A stretch of DNA of 64,000 nucleotides from Piromyces finnis finn. Lineage: Eukaryota; Fungi; Neocallimastigomycota. Shown piece after piece: positions 40,215 through 57,858 of the stretch. A program made the translations under genes and the position numbers. The notes under the pieces were generated by a model. It searched no databases, was not told the origin of the DNA, and saw nothing but the letters and a program-made list of their open reading frames with translations. How positions within the stretch are numbered: position 1 is the first letter of the stretch; each line of letters starts with the position of its first letter. The stretch spans positions 1,798,001 through 1,862,000 of the forward strand of contig MCFH01000002.1 in NCBI GenBank assembly GCA_002104945.1, given 5' to 3'.

Positions 40215-41839
40215 ATGGTATCAAAAGAAAGAGAAGTTGCTATTGAAGCCGTATTAAAAGCATGTACTGTCTGTCAAAAAGTATTCAATACTCTTGTTAA
40301 GGGAGAAACAGTTATTAAACAAGATGAATCACCAGTAACAAGTAAATATCAAAATGTTAAAATAGTAATTTTATAATTAACTAAATAGTATATTATGAAA
40401 TTAATTTATGTTTGATATACGATATAATATAAAAATTATTTTTATAAGGATTTTATATAACTTAATAAAAAAATTAATAAATCATTTCATTTGTTTTTTT
40501 TTTTTTTTCGCTTTTTACCATTATTGTTGCTATTATTTTTTTTTTATTTATTTTATTTTTATTAAGTTGGTGATTTTGCTGCTCAAGCTATTGTTAGCAT
40601 AACCCTCCAAAAACATTTCCCAGATTTCAAATTAGTAGGTGAAGAAAATTCAAAGGCCTTAAAAGAATCCGAAAGCTTAAGAAAACGTGTTACTAATTTA
40701 GTCAATGAAACTTTAGAATCTAAATATTCCGAAGAAGAAGTGATAGCAAAAATAAATAAATTTAAATGGATATATAGATATATATTAAAATTATAATAAT
40801 ATTTTTATTTTTATTACTTTCAATTAAATAATCTAATTAAAGATCATGAAAGCAATTGACAGAGGAACATATGAAGGAGGTTCTACTGGTAACTTTTGGG
40901 TTATTGATCCTATTGGTAAATGTTTTTTTAAAATAAATTATTAATTTTATAAAATTAAATACAATAAATATTGAAAATGATAAATTTCATTGAATAAAAT
41001 TACTAAAAATATAAGATGGAACTATGGGATTCTTAAGAGGTGGTCAATATGCTGTTTGCTTAGGTTATACTGTAAATGGTGAAATTACTTTAGGTGTTCT
41101 TGGTTGTCCAAATTTACCATGTAATGATATGGATGAAAATGGACCAAAAGGTTGTTTATTTATTGGCGAAAAGGGTTTAGGTGCTTTCCAAGTATGTTTC
41201 CATATATTCTATTTTAAATTAATTAAATTAAAATATTATTTATCTTTTATAAAAACTATTAAATATTATAATTAAATATTTTTATAAAATAAAAAAGAGA
41301 AACTTTGGTTCAAATGAAGATGTTAAAATCCATGTTAGTCAAGCCGATACCACTGCTAAAGCAAAATTCTGTGAATCTTTTGAATCTTCACATTCCTCTC
41401 ACAAGGATTCAGCTGAAATTGCTAGTCTTTTAAACATTACTCTTCCACCAATCCGTATTGATAGTCAATGTAAGTATGGTATTATTGCTCGTGGTAATGC
41501 TGAAGTTTATTTAAGATTTGCTCGTGAAGGTTACATTGAAAATACTTGGGTAAATTTCAAAATATCAATGTTTTTATTTATAATAAATACATAATAATTA
41601 ATGTTTTACACTATAATATAACCGTAATTTATATTAAATAGGACCATGCTGCAGGATCCTTAATTGTTAAGGAAGCTGGTGGTATCGTTTGTGATATGTA
41701 CGGCAAACCATTAGATTTCTCTAAAGGTAGACAATTAATTAACAATAAAGGTGTTATTGCTACAAATGGTATTTTACATAATCAAGTTATGAAGGCTATT
41801 AAATCAGTTTTTAAATTAAACAATGTTTTACTTGCTTAA
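40215..41839 (+). CDS. MET22: 3'(2'),5'-bisphosphate nucleotidase (MET22/HAL2)
   Basis: KQDESPVTIGDFAAQAIV; LVGEENS; FWVIDPIDGTMGFLRGGQYAVCLG; GVLGCPNLP; IRIDSQCKYG; ENTWDHAAGSLIVKEAGGIVCD. Confidence 0.95.
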
Positions 41840-42424
41840 ATTAATAGTAAATGCTAATCATATATAAGCTATAATGATGAATATAATAGTAAATGAATTA
41901 AATATAAATGAAATAATTTAAAATAAAATAAAGCTGAAAGGAATATTATAAAATAAATGTACAATAATAGTAATAATCTAAAATTAGTTTTTTTTACGAT
42001 AAGCATACAAAAGCAAATAAATAAATAAATAAAAAAGAAAGAAAAAAAAGAAAAAAAAAAAAAAAAAGGAGAAAAGGACTCTTTAGTCACACAATATTTT
42101 TTTTATCATTCAAAAATAAAATTTAGATTTTTTTTTTTTTTTTTTTACTTAAAATTTATTAAAATTATAGGCTTATATAATGAAAAAAGAAGTAAAAATA
42201 TAAAACATATATATATAATATTTAATACATTAATGATGTGTAAATTGATAATATTTTCACTTAATAATAATATTAAGCTTAATTGTAAATATTGTATCTT
42301 TGATTTTTTGATTAAGATTTTAAATGGAATTACTTTTAAAGTATATATTTCACTGGTTGGTTATATTTTAAATTTAATATTTAAATTATAATAATTATAT
42401 TAAGATTTTAATAGTTTATGTATT

Positions 42425-43168
42425 TTATTGTTGCATAGCAACATCTTCCTTTTTATCAGCTGGTGGAGAGCTTTTATCTTTCATATATACATCTAATTCG
42501 TTATCTAAATTAGATTGAGCAATTTCTTTATTTTCAAACATATAATTATCTAATTCTTTATCTAAAGCATCCTTATTAAGAGGACGTTTTCCATTACCAC
42601 TACGTCCTCCTCTTCCTCTTCCACGACCACGACCACGGCTATTATTATCTCTTCTATTATTTCTATTATTTCTATTGGCAGCAGTTTTCATATTTAATCT
42701 TTTCTTAATATCAATATTTCCAAGTCTAGAAGAAATTGGAACAGATTTTCCAGTTCCTAAACGTTTAGATATAGAATCTCTAATTGAAGCTCCAGAACGT
42801 CTTCTCCTTATACCTTTATTTTTCGAGTTCATTTCTTGCATAAGAGATACCTTTGGTCTTTGACCAGTACGTCTTTTCATGACAACAGAAAATCTATCAG
42901 AAGATTGACGAGCCTTTCTATTTTCTTCAATTTCCTTAAAACTAATTATTAAATTTTAATTATTTAAAAAAATAATCAGCTATTATTATAATTATCCAAT
43001 TTAAAGTAATTGATAAATTTATAGCATTTCTAATTAACAATATTATATCTAATAACAATTTTAAGCATACCGATCATTAAGTTTTGTTGGTCTTGATTTA
43101 TTATTGGAAGCATTGAAAACTACTCTACGATCGGATCTTGATCCAGAATCATTATTTTTACGAAACAT
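42425..43168 (-). CDS. FoP/CHTOP-like RGG protein with duplicated C-terminal LDxELDxYM motif
   Basis: MFRKNN..TKLNDR|FKEIEE; RG/RGG repeats; LNKDALDKELDNYM..NLDNELDVYM. The ATG directly follows an AG, suggesting a 5'-UTR intron. Confidence 0.8.
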
Positions 43169-43239
43169 CTATAATAATAGTAGAAAAATAAATGTTAATA
43201 CCTTTAAATTTAATTATTTAGTTATTTAGTTATTATTAT

Positions 43240-43266
43240 TGTTGTTGTTGTTGTTTGTTTGTTTGT

Positions 43267-43305
<39 letters not shown>
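43240..43305 (+). repeat. Compound (TTG)n-(TTTG)n-(TTTA)n microsatellite
   Basis: Directly visible, upstream of the FoP-like ATG. Confidence 0.85.
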
Positions 43306-44037
43306 TAATAATAAATCTAATAAAGGATATGTTGAAATATTAACAATAGAATTCATCTTTGAACCTCTTCATTTTCTTTTAATTTACATTCTTTATTATA
43401 TATTTTTACGTTTTCCATAAATTTTTCTTTTTTGTTAAAATAAAAAATAGTGTAAACAACTAAACATATTATATCATACATATCATTCAAGAATGTTTTA
43501 TTTTAAATTTTTCTTCTTCTCGTTCTTCTTATGCATGAAAAACTTTTTCATATAAATTCTTAATTTTATAATTAATAAAACTTGAAAAATTATTCAATAA
43601 TAAAATATACTTTGATTTCAAATTTGAAAAAAAATAATTTTTAATCATATTTTTTTTCCTCTTTTCTATATTTTTTATTAAATATTTGAAGAATTTTATT
43701 TTTCAAGGAGGTTCATATTTTCCTCTACTTATATTCGTATATGTAAATATATTTATTCTCTTTTTTTTCTTTTCCTTTTTTTTTTAATATTACCTCTTGA
43801 TATATATATATATATAGAAAAATACAAAATGGTTTTTACAAAAAAAAAAAAAAAAAAAGCTGATAGATATTAATTAAATATTAATAAAATATCTGTAATA
43901 TTCTACAAAAACGGTATTCCTTTAAACTAAAATGTTGAATAAATTTTTATGATACCTTAGCAAACAAAAATATCAATTTCCTTTTTAAAAAAAATAATAA
44001 TTTTCCTAAATAACAATAATATAGAAAAATATTTGAG

Positions 44038-44068
<31 letters not shown>

Positions 44069-44503
44069 GAAGAAAAAAAGAAAATAAAAATGGAAATGGA
44101 TCAAAGATACAAATTAATAAGTATTTAATATATTAACTAATTTAATTAATTAAATAAATAAAAAAAAATATTATTCTATTGAAAATTTAATATTATACAA
44201 AATAGGATGATACATATATATTTTTAATTAATAAAATATAAAATTAATTAAATATATTTCAATATAGTTAAAATTATTTTGGGAATTCAATATAACAAGA
44301 TTCTTAATTTAAATATCACAATTTTAACTGAAAATATGAATAAAATGCATATATAAATTTATGTATTCATATGATTTATATGTGATCTATCTTATTTCAA
44401 TTTTATATTATTTATTTATTTTTGTAATTTCTTTGTTCTAATAATAAAAAATATAATAGTGTATTTATGAATAATATAACCATTTTTATTTTAATTTAAG
44501 GTA

Positions 44504-48499
<3,996 letters not shown>

Positions 48500-51400
48500 A
48501 TTTAAACATAATAAGTTATTTATTTAAATAAAATATTAAAGTAAAAATATATCTATAAATAAAATAATGATAATTAAAAAAAAAAACAATTAAAACTATT
48601 TCACTTATTTTAAAATTATTTCAATTATTTAAAAATTATTTAAATAGTTTAATTGTGAAATAAATTTAATAAATAATTTTTATTAATAAGGTTAACAAAG
48701 AGAAAAGGTTACATTGTAAATATTACAGTTATATAATAAGATGTAAGGTCATATGACCATAGAAAATATAATAAATAAAAAATAACTATCTCTACAACAC
48801 GTAGACATTACATTTATAGCACTTTTAATACATGTTTATGTTTTTATAAGTTAGTCACATGTGTTCATAAATATATGATATATATAAATAGAATTATTTG
48901 CCCATAAATGTTCACATTAATATTTATTTATTTATGAAATTAAGAAAGTAATTTTACATTTTATTATTAAAAAAATTAATTTTATTAAAGGTTAGGATAT
49001 ATTTTTATTCTAACCTTTTATTATTTTTTATTCTAATCATTAAAAACATCATCTATTAGACATATAAACACTTTTTTTTTATTATTTACAAAATAAATAA
49101 GTCATTTTAAGTTTTTATAGTACATCTATCAAATAATAATTTAAAATAAAATGCTGTACTTTTAAGATAATATTATCATTAATAAATACTCCAAAGAGGT
49201 AATAAAAATTAATTATTTGTATAAAAGGTAATTTTTAACCTATAATATTAGTAAAAAAGAATTATAAAAAAGGAATAAGATAATATTATAAATCATAAAA
49301 AAAAGAAAACTTATTAACGCTTTTTTTTTTTTTTTTTTTTTTTTGAAAATATATAATGAAAAAAGTAAAAAAAAAATATATATATGCAATAAAAATTGAA
49401 ATAGTTTTTTATTTTATTTTAAATTGCTTTTATGTTAATATCACATCATTTTTTATTATGTAGTATATGAAGTATTCCCATATACAATATATAATATATA
49501 AAAATATATATGTATAATATATATTTTTAATTTTTAAAACAAAAATATATATCTTGTAATAATAAAATCATAAATATTATCATAATTATACTATTATTAA
49601 TAATAAAAGCAATAATAATAAACATACATACGATAGCTACTTCTACTATTACTTTCATTTTTCAAATATTACAATATTAATATTAATAATATTATATTAT
49701 ATTATAAATGTTATATTATAAATAAAATTATCATTATATAATGCTAATTATTTATATTAAAACATTCATCTTTATATGTATGACTTTTTTTTATTTATGT
49801 TTTATTATAGTAATTCATTTTACTATAGACATTCATTTATGCAAATTATTTAAGGTTCATTTTACTAAAACAATTTTTATAAGATATTAAAAATATTAAC
49901 CAATAAAATATAAATTTACTTATATTATTAATATATATATAATCATATGTATTTTATATAAAATTCTATTTCAATAGAGTTTTACCATATATGACATACT
50001 TTAAAAAACTTAAATAGAACTTTATAATTTTAATCTTTTTAAAAAAATAAAATAAATGCCTAAATATGTAATTAATTAAATTTTAAAAAAGGTATATGAT
50101 GGGAGGGTGACAATTAAAGGAATGTACTTTTTTGAAAATGAATATAATGAAATAATGAAAATAAATAGTATCATTTATTGTTTGTATATAATTTATTGCA
50201 ATATTAAATTTATATTTATTTTAATAAAATGTTTATATTTAATAATAATAATAATAAAACATTTTTCTTATGATTTTTTACTTTTATTTAATTAGTATTA
50301 AATTCGGTGTTATATTAATTATTTACACCTATTAATATTAGGAGGAAAGGTTAAAAGATTAGATTTTTTAATATTTAATACTATTTCTTTCTTTTTATAA
50401 ATTAACTAGGGTCAATCCTTCTTACCAATAAAATTTTAAATATTTTTTCAAAAAGTAATATGAAAAAAAAAATCAATTCATTCTGGATAAATTAAATTTA
50501 CAAATAACCTAATGTATAAACAATATATTACAATATATTTCAATATAATCAACTGAATAAAAATGAATTCAAATAGACTTTAATATATTACTAATATATT
50601 TAAATATATTCATTTTTATTTTTTGTATTTATTTAAATTAAATTATATCCATTCTATACCAAATTTATATTAAATCAATTTTTTAAAAAAAAATTCATTT
50701 TACCTTTTTATTAGTAATAGTTTATCAATTTAATAGCAATATATTTTAATATATATTTGTTCAAATTATTGTATATATAAAATATAAAAATTTTCATAAT
50801 AATCAAAGCTTTTTTAGGTAAAAGATAAAACAGAATAATTTTAAAAAAAAAAAAAACGATGAAATAAGAAAATTTAATTGAAAAGTACATATACATACAT
50901 ATACGTACATATATTATTTAAATATATTATATTTATTATATAAATTTAAATTTAGATTTTTTTATCTCAATACTTATCACACACCACACTATACGACAAT
51001 TTAAATTTTTTGCTTCTTTAAACAAACAAAAAAAAAGATTTATTTTTAAATATCTTTTTAAAAATAAAATCAAGTAAAAGGTTGATGAAATAAAAGTTGT
51101 TTTTATTATTAGTATAAGAAACTGAAATATTCTTTTTTTTTTTTTATTCTAAATTATTAATGATAGCAACTTTTTTTTAATATTTTACATTGAAAATCTT
51201 TGATTTAAAAAATATTCATAATTTTTTAATAAGATTTTTTTTTTTTTATAAAGTGAAGTGTTTATAACAATAAAAATCATTTCTTCTTATTATATGTATT
51301 CACATTCACTTTAATATTTCTTTTAAAATCTTTTAATTAAAAATTATTTTTAAATGTTTTAAAGTAAATTAAATAATTTGAATATAAAATTTATTTAATT

Positions 51401-51948
51401 TTCAATTAATTCAAAGATTAATGTTTATACTTATTCTATTTTTAATTATTATTTAATTTCGGGTATTAATATATATTCACATATATATATATACATATAA
51501 AAAACAAGAAATAAAATATATAATAGAAAAGTATAAATATTTATTTTCAAAGAAAAAAAAAATATTATCAGCATTTTACAATGAAATTTAGTAATTAAAT
51601 TTTGAGGAATTTAAACATTTATATATACCAATAATTTTTTAAAATTTAATTTTATACCATAAACAATAATTTCACATCATATAATATTTGTATAACCAAA
51701 ATACAAAAAATAATAACAATAACACAAAATATTACTTTATTGAATTTTATTTATAAAAATAAATCAAGAAAAAATTAGCTTATCGAAAAGTAAGTCTTAA
51801 ATGATATATGTTATAATAATATATATTTTTTACATAATAAATTAATGTAGGAATAAATAATAAGTATATTAATGTACATGAATAAATATTAATAATTATT
51901 ATTTTATACACAGAATATACAAAAATTTAAATTATTCAATTTAATAAA

Positions 51949-53931
51949 ATGGCATTTAAATTCAATTGGACTACATTCGATAAAAAATTTATCGATGAAG
52001 CACAAAGTAAGTTAACTGAAGCCTTAAATAAAGGAATAACAAATCAAATGATTGGAACTATTAAGGTTGATGAGTTAAATATGGGAACTAAGGCTCCAGA
52101 ATTAGAGGTAATGGAAATTGGTGATTTATCTGAAGAGAAATTTAAAGGTATATTTAAAATTACTTACCAAGGTGATGCTTATATAGTAATTCGTGCTACT
52201 GTTCAAATAAACCCATTAATTATACCAAAAACTCCAATTACATTGTCAATGGGTAGTGGCATTATTGCTGCTGATCAACCTTTACCTATACCTGTAAAAT
52301 TACGTATCAGTAATTTAAAGTTAAGTGGAATTGCTGCATTAGGTTTTTCTAATAAAGGTATAACATTTTGTTTTAAAAATGATCCATTAGAAGATATAAA
52401 TGTATCATCAACATTTGATAGAATTCAAGCAATAAAAAAATTAATAGAGCATATAATAAAAACTCAAATTAGTGCGTTCTTATTGGAAGACGTACCAGAA
52501 CTCATTCATAACTTTTCAAAAAGTAATAATCAATCATCGTCATTAAATAATACATCCCATAGTCGCAGTTATAGTGGTGAAACATATATACCATCATCTC
52601 CTAGCTATACGGATAGTATTGGTGGAAGTAGCATTTATGGAGATGATATTAATGGAAGTTTTTGTTCTAATCAAACATTGGTTGACGAAGAAAATGATAT
52701 TATGGGTTGGAGAAGAAAATGGATTGGTAATGATTTTAATGATTCAAATATAACCTTTGACAATAGAATAATTCTATATCGAGGTTTAAAATGTTTGAAA
52801 TCAGTAAATGCTAATCGTGGTGTTCTTAGACTTCTCAATCCTTCACTTAATAATTATGTTTGTCAATCCATTCATATCGATAGTTGGCTTATTACACCTC
52901 CATTTTCTCCAATTCCATTATACATACCTAAAGCTTCTTATCCTTTATACACAAAAGATAAACATTTTTCAATTGTTGACTACCTTCGTCGTACAGCAAT
53001 TACTAGAACAACAAATTATCAACATCAAAAAACAAATTCTATTGAAAGTGTTAATATAGATATAAATAGTGTAGAAAATCCATTTAAGCGTTTACAACAA
53101 ACAAATGAAACCACTCATATCCCTTCACCAACCATATCACCAATTACATCCCCACGCATTATTTCAAATTCTAATTCAGATGTATCATTTTCAGAACCAA
53201 ATGAAGATTTATCAAACAATAGTCATAATAGTTATAATTACACACATACTTATCATAGGGGACATCGTAAGTCTAAATCAATGAAAAAATACAAAACAAA
53301 TTTGTCTTATCAATCCTCTTCTTCATTAATTGTTAGTGATATAGAAAATGATTTTTCATTTTCAAACAGAAATGAAGATATTAATAAACCGATACCCAAA
53401 AATTCCTATGGCGTTAATAGCAGAGGTCATACAAGAGTACATTCTAATCAAACTAACTCCACAGAAATTTCTGTTTCAAATAAGAACAATAATACAATAA
53501 ATAATGATAATGTATTCCTTTCACTACTTAATAGCAATAACAATAATACAATGAATAGCTCTTCCGCTGCTAATATTTACAGTCGTAATAATACAAATAG
53601 AAAAGTTAGTTCATCTAACAGTAATTCCGGATATAATTCTGATGGAGAATCTACAGTATGCGAGGAATTTCCAGCAGAAATTGTTATTGAACCTTCAAAT
53701 AATAGTATGGCAGCTCAATTAACCAATTTAATGAATTCCAACCAAACTATATCACCATATACACGTACTTTAGAACATTTTGCATACCGTTCTTTTCCTC
53801 ATTCAAAATCAAATTATAAGCGTCGTAGTAATAGACAGCGTCATCGTTTAAAAATTCATGTTGATGGATTAATGGGCTCATCTTCTACTATTACAACAAT
53901 AAATCAAGATGTTAAATCTCAAACTTCATAA
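51949..53931 (+). CDS. MDM34: Mitochondrial distribution and morphology protein 34 (ERMES SMP-domain subunit), intronless
   Basis: MAFKFNW..KLTEALNKG..IKVDELNMGTKAPELEVMEIGDL..FKGIFKITYQGDA..VQINPL..LRISNLKLSGI..FKNDPLEDINVSSTFD; C-terminal TLEHFAYRSFP. Confidence 0.92.
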   Translation: MAFKFNWTTFDKKFIDEAQSKLTEALNKGITNQMIGTIKVDELNMGTKAPELEVMEIGDLSEEKFKGIFKITYQGDAYIVIRATVQINPLIIPKTPITLSMGSGIIAADQPLPIPVKLRISNLKLSGIAALGFSNKGITFCFKNDPLEDINVSSTFDRIQAIKKLIEHIIKTQISAFLLEDVPELIHNFSKSNNQSSSLNNTSHSRSYSGETYIPSSPSYTDSIGGSSIYGDDINGSFCSNQTLVDEENDIMGWRRKWIGNDFNDSNITFDNRIILYRGLKCLKSVNANRGVLRLLNPSLNNYVCQSIHIDSWLITPPFSPIPLYIPKASYPLYTKDKHFSIVDYLRRTAITRTTNYQHQKTNSIESVNIDINSVENPFKRLQQTNETTHIPSPTISPITSPRIISNSNSDVSFSEPNEDLSNNSHNSYNYTHTYHRGHRKSKSMKKYKTNLSYQSSSSLIVSDIENDFSFSNRNEDINKPIPKNSYGVNSRGHTRVHSNQTNSTEISVSNKNNNTINNDNVFLSLLNSNNNNTMNSSSAANIYSRNNTNRKVSSSNSNSGYNSDGESTVCEEFPAEIVIEPSNNSMAAQLTNLMNSNQTISPYTRTLEHFAYRSFPHSKSNYKRRSNRQRHRLKIHVDGLMGSSSTITTINQDVKSQTS

Positions 53932-54796
53932 AAAAGTAGATATTATTACATAAGCAAAAATTAGTAAATTATTTCATTTTGTTATGCCTATACACTTTTT
54001 TTTTTTAAAAGTGTTATATTTTAAAAACTGTATTTTTTACACTTGTATTATTAAAAAAAATATAGTTATCCTTTTTAAAATTAAAAATTTTAAGGTAATT
54101 AATATTTAAAAAAATTGTATAATAAGTATAAATAATTATATTTTAATTTAAAAAGGATATAAAATGAAATAGTATGAAATTTGTATTTGAATTATATAAA
54201 ACATATAAAACAATAACAACGAAAAATAAAAAATGAAACTCAAGAAAACAAAAAAATGAAAAAGGAAGAAAAAATAAAGAAAAAATATTAAAAGAAAGAA
54301 AAGAAATATGTATTTATTAGTAAAAAATAGAGCTATTAAATCAGTAGAATTTTTTTAAATTTCATTTGCTTCTTATTAAATTAGATAATTTTTATTGAAC
54401 CATTAAACATATCATCGCATTTAAAATTAAAAATAAATAAATAAATAAAAAAAAAAAAAAGAATCAAACAAATTGAAAATAAAAATAATATAAATAAAAC
54501 TATAAAAACAAATAAAATAAAAATTTATTAAGGTATTATTCTATTGAGATATACAATAAAAGTGGTATACGAATAAATATTATATTGTAAATAATTCAAT
54601 ATTTTTTAAATAATGTTATTTTGATTGTTTCAAAAGGGTTAAGACTAAATATACTTCACTACAACAATTGTATTGAAATTAATTTAAACGTATTCCATAA
54701 TGTATTTAAATTTTTTTAAAAATAATATTTACTATATTTATATTAAAAAAATGAAGTTATGAGACTATAATTGAAAAAAATTCATCATTATATACA

Positions 54797-54828
54797 ACGT
54801 CACGTGAATTCAATATTTTAACCAATCA
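54797..54828 (+). promoter_or_regulatory. GTCACGTGA (bHLH/Cbf1-type E-box) plus CCAATCA upstream of ubiquitin-L40
   Basis: Rare CpG-containing motif acgtcacgtga followed by accaatca, about 0.7 kb upstream of the ATG. Confidence 0.3.
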
Positions 54829-55525
54829 CAACACAAATTTAGTATGTGATAATATTCAAACTTAACACCATAATGACAATTACAAATTTTTTCCTTCTTT
54901 CTGGTAAAATATTTCAAGTTTTATTCTTTAAGGTTGTTATTTTATGATGAATTAATATGTCTTTTTTTTCTATTTAATCATTTATATTTTATGATTTTAT
55001 TATAAGTGGTGGTGGCCTTTAATATTATATATGTTATGAATTATGGTGTTCCATTGAAAATTAATTCTAAACATAATAGTCATTATCGTAATTATAAATG
55101 GATGAGTTCAAATAAGCTTGATGGATGAAAATGTATAATTTTTTTTATTCAAACAATTATGAATTATTATCAACAAGTAATCAATGAATAAAGTAAGTGA
55201 TGGATGAGGAAGATATATATCAGATATCAATAGAATTAAATGAGTTTTCAGCATTATTGTTTTTATTATTATGCAACGATAATATTTTTTGTTTTTAATA
55301 AACAGCAGTCAATATTAAATGGTATAATTTGATCGAAAGAGTATTATATATATTGAATTCAAAAATAAAATCAATGTATCAGTAAAATAATAAAATATTA
55401 AATGTTTATAATGAAAAAATCATAAAATATGAAATAATAAAAATCAAAAATTGAGTTTGAAACTAATATATATTAATATTATATAATTTTTATAAATTTA
55501 TTTTATAAAATCAGGATAAAATAAG

Positions 55526-56163
55526 ATGCAAGTAAGTTACTAATATTAAATGATATATATATATATGATAAATATTAACGTATTAATAACTATTGATAAT
55601 ATAAAATAGATTTTCGTCAAAACCCTTACTGGAAAGACTATAACCCTTGAGGTTGAGTCTTCCGACAGTATTGTCAATGTTAAGAACAAGATTCAAGAAA
55701 AGGAAGGTATTCCACCAGACCAACAACGTTTAATCTTCGCCGGTAAACAATTAGAAGACAACAGAACTCTTTCTGACTACAACATTCAAAAGGGTAAATA
55801 TTTATAATAAAATAAAATAAAAGTTATATTTATTTAGTAATGAAGAGTGTGAGACTAAGATGTGTATATATTTAATTCTATTATTATCAAATAGAATCTA
55901 CTCTTCACCTTGTTCTCCGTCTTCGTGGTGGTATCATTGAACCATCTCTTAAGGTTCTTGCTTCCAAGTACAACTGTGACAAGATGATCTGCCGTAAGTG
56001 TTATGCTCGTCTTCCACAACGTGCCACTAACTGCCGTAAGTGCCACAGTAACCAACTCCGTCCAAAGAAGAAGGTAATATATATAATATTTAAATTTTTA
56101 TTTAAAAAGTAGTGCAAAGTATTAATTTATTTTTTCTTTTTTAAATTAAAATAGCTTAAATAA
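55526..56163 (+). CDS. RPL40: Ubiquitin-60S ribosomal protein L40 fusion (divergent), 4 exons
   Basis: Exons 55526-55531 (ATGCAA), about 55610-55793, 55895-56073, 56155-56163 give [52 protein letters not shown]. Confidence 0.95.
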
Positions 56164-56847
56164 GCGGTTTATATATATATTATGGAAGAAATTATGTTAT
56201 ATATTATAATATAAAAATAAAATATTATCCTTAAATAATAAAATAAGATATAAGTTAAAAGTGTGTGTTTATTTTAATTAAATGAGTGTAGTATTTTGAA
56301 ATATATTGTTAAAGGTTTAAATTTTTATTATCTATGTAATAAAATAAAAAATGGAAGTTGGTAATTGTTAGATAATTCAAGTTTTTAAATACTTTTATAA
56401 AGTTGATTTAAAATCTTATAAAAGTATTTTTTATAAGATTTTAAAACAAAGATTTACTAAACCTTTTATTTCCCATAAATTCTAACTTCCTATACTTTCT
56501 TTTTAATCAAAACAACTCTCAAAATTTTTTAAATACAATTTTTTCAAAAACAATAACAATTTCCTATTATTTTTATATAAACAATTATATTTAATATAAC
56601 TAATTTGATTACATAAAATTTCTAAAATGATAATTGCATTTAAGAGTATTTTTTATACACCTTTCTTAAATACAAAAAATCAAACTTAATTACATATTCA
56701 TTTTAACCCATTCTAAATTCTAACACTACAAAATATCTTAGATTTCTTTTTCATTTAAACAAACACTCAAATTCATAACTTATTTTTCTGTATTTTTTGC
56801 TTTTAAAAATTGAATATAGTGAACAGATTTTATTGATATTAATTCGT

Positions 56848-57858
56848 CTATTTGTTTAAGACAATACCATCGAATCTCTTCTTGAACCAGTTGATGGTTT
56901 CTTCCTTAGTGTTACGGTGTGGGAAACCAACCTTAGCAGATTGTTGCTTTCTTCTGGCAACTCTGAAACCTGGTCTACCCATAACAACGTAGAAGTCCAT
57001 ACCGTAAATACCGATACTTGGATCGTACTTAATACCTAAATCAATGTGTTCTTGGATACCGAAACCGAAGTTACCGGTAGCAGAGAAGTTAGATCTCTTT
57101 AATTCGTATTCCTTGACCTTTAAACCTCTGTCAAGAATTTCTTCGGCCTTTGGACCACGAACGGTACAGTGGACGGCAATCTTTTCATTACGTCTGATAC
57201 CGAAAGTACGGACAGTGTAACGAGCCTTAGACATAACTGGAACTTGACCAGTTAATTGTTCTAAAACCTTAGAAGCACGAGTAAGTCTATCACCAGATTC
57301 ACCAACGGAGATGTTGAGACAGAGCTTTTCTAACTTGAGTTCCCTCATTGGGTTAGTCTTAGTTTCGGTACTCTATATTATGTATTAAATAATATAAATT
57401 TATACTATTTAATTATTTTATTATTATTTATTTATTATGTATATTAATTTTTAAATTTAATAATTATATTTTATAAATCATGAATATTTGAATTATAGAA
57501 TGCTTAAAAAATATAAAATTTCATTGCTCATATATATATATAATTTTGGTATTTTCTATATATGCTTGTTAACTTTCTGTTCTTAATATAGTTTTATACA
57601 CCACTATTTTATATTTATTATTTATAATTAACATTATATATTTTCTAATATCTAATTTATAATGATATGACTTTGGCTCTAATTTACTTAATTTAGATAT
57701 TTTACACTCACTTAAATTCATTTCAGCATAAATTCTCTGTAAATACTTTAATTTCACTCATCCATCAATAAATATTTATAATAACTAAAAATGCAATAAA
57801 TTACATTTATATAATTCATTCATTCATAATAACATAAAATAAAATAGCATATTACCAT
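56848..57858 (-). CDS. RPL11: 60S ribosomal protein L11 (uL5), 2 exons
   Basis: ATG-only exon 57858-57856, intron 57855-57373, then [65 protein letters not shown]. Confidence 0.97.

Noticed and set aside
48747-48758. Perfect 12-bp palindrome GGTCATATGACC, and CCATAA..TTATGG palindromes near 3143 and 10991
   Set aside because: Short and variably spaced, with no consistent position relative to genes.
54854-55050. Possible MITE with 11-bp inverted repeats AACACCATAAT / ATTATGGTGTT
   Set aside because: No target-site duplication, repeats do not extend, and no second copy was seen in the window.
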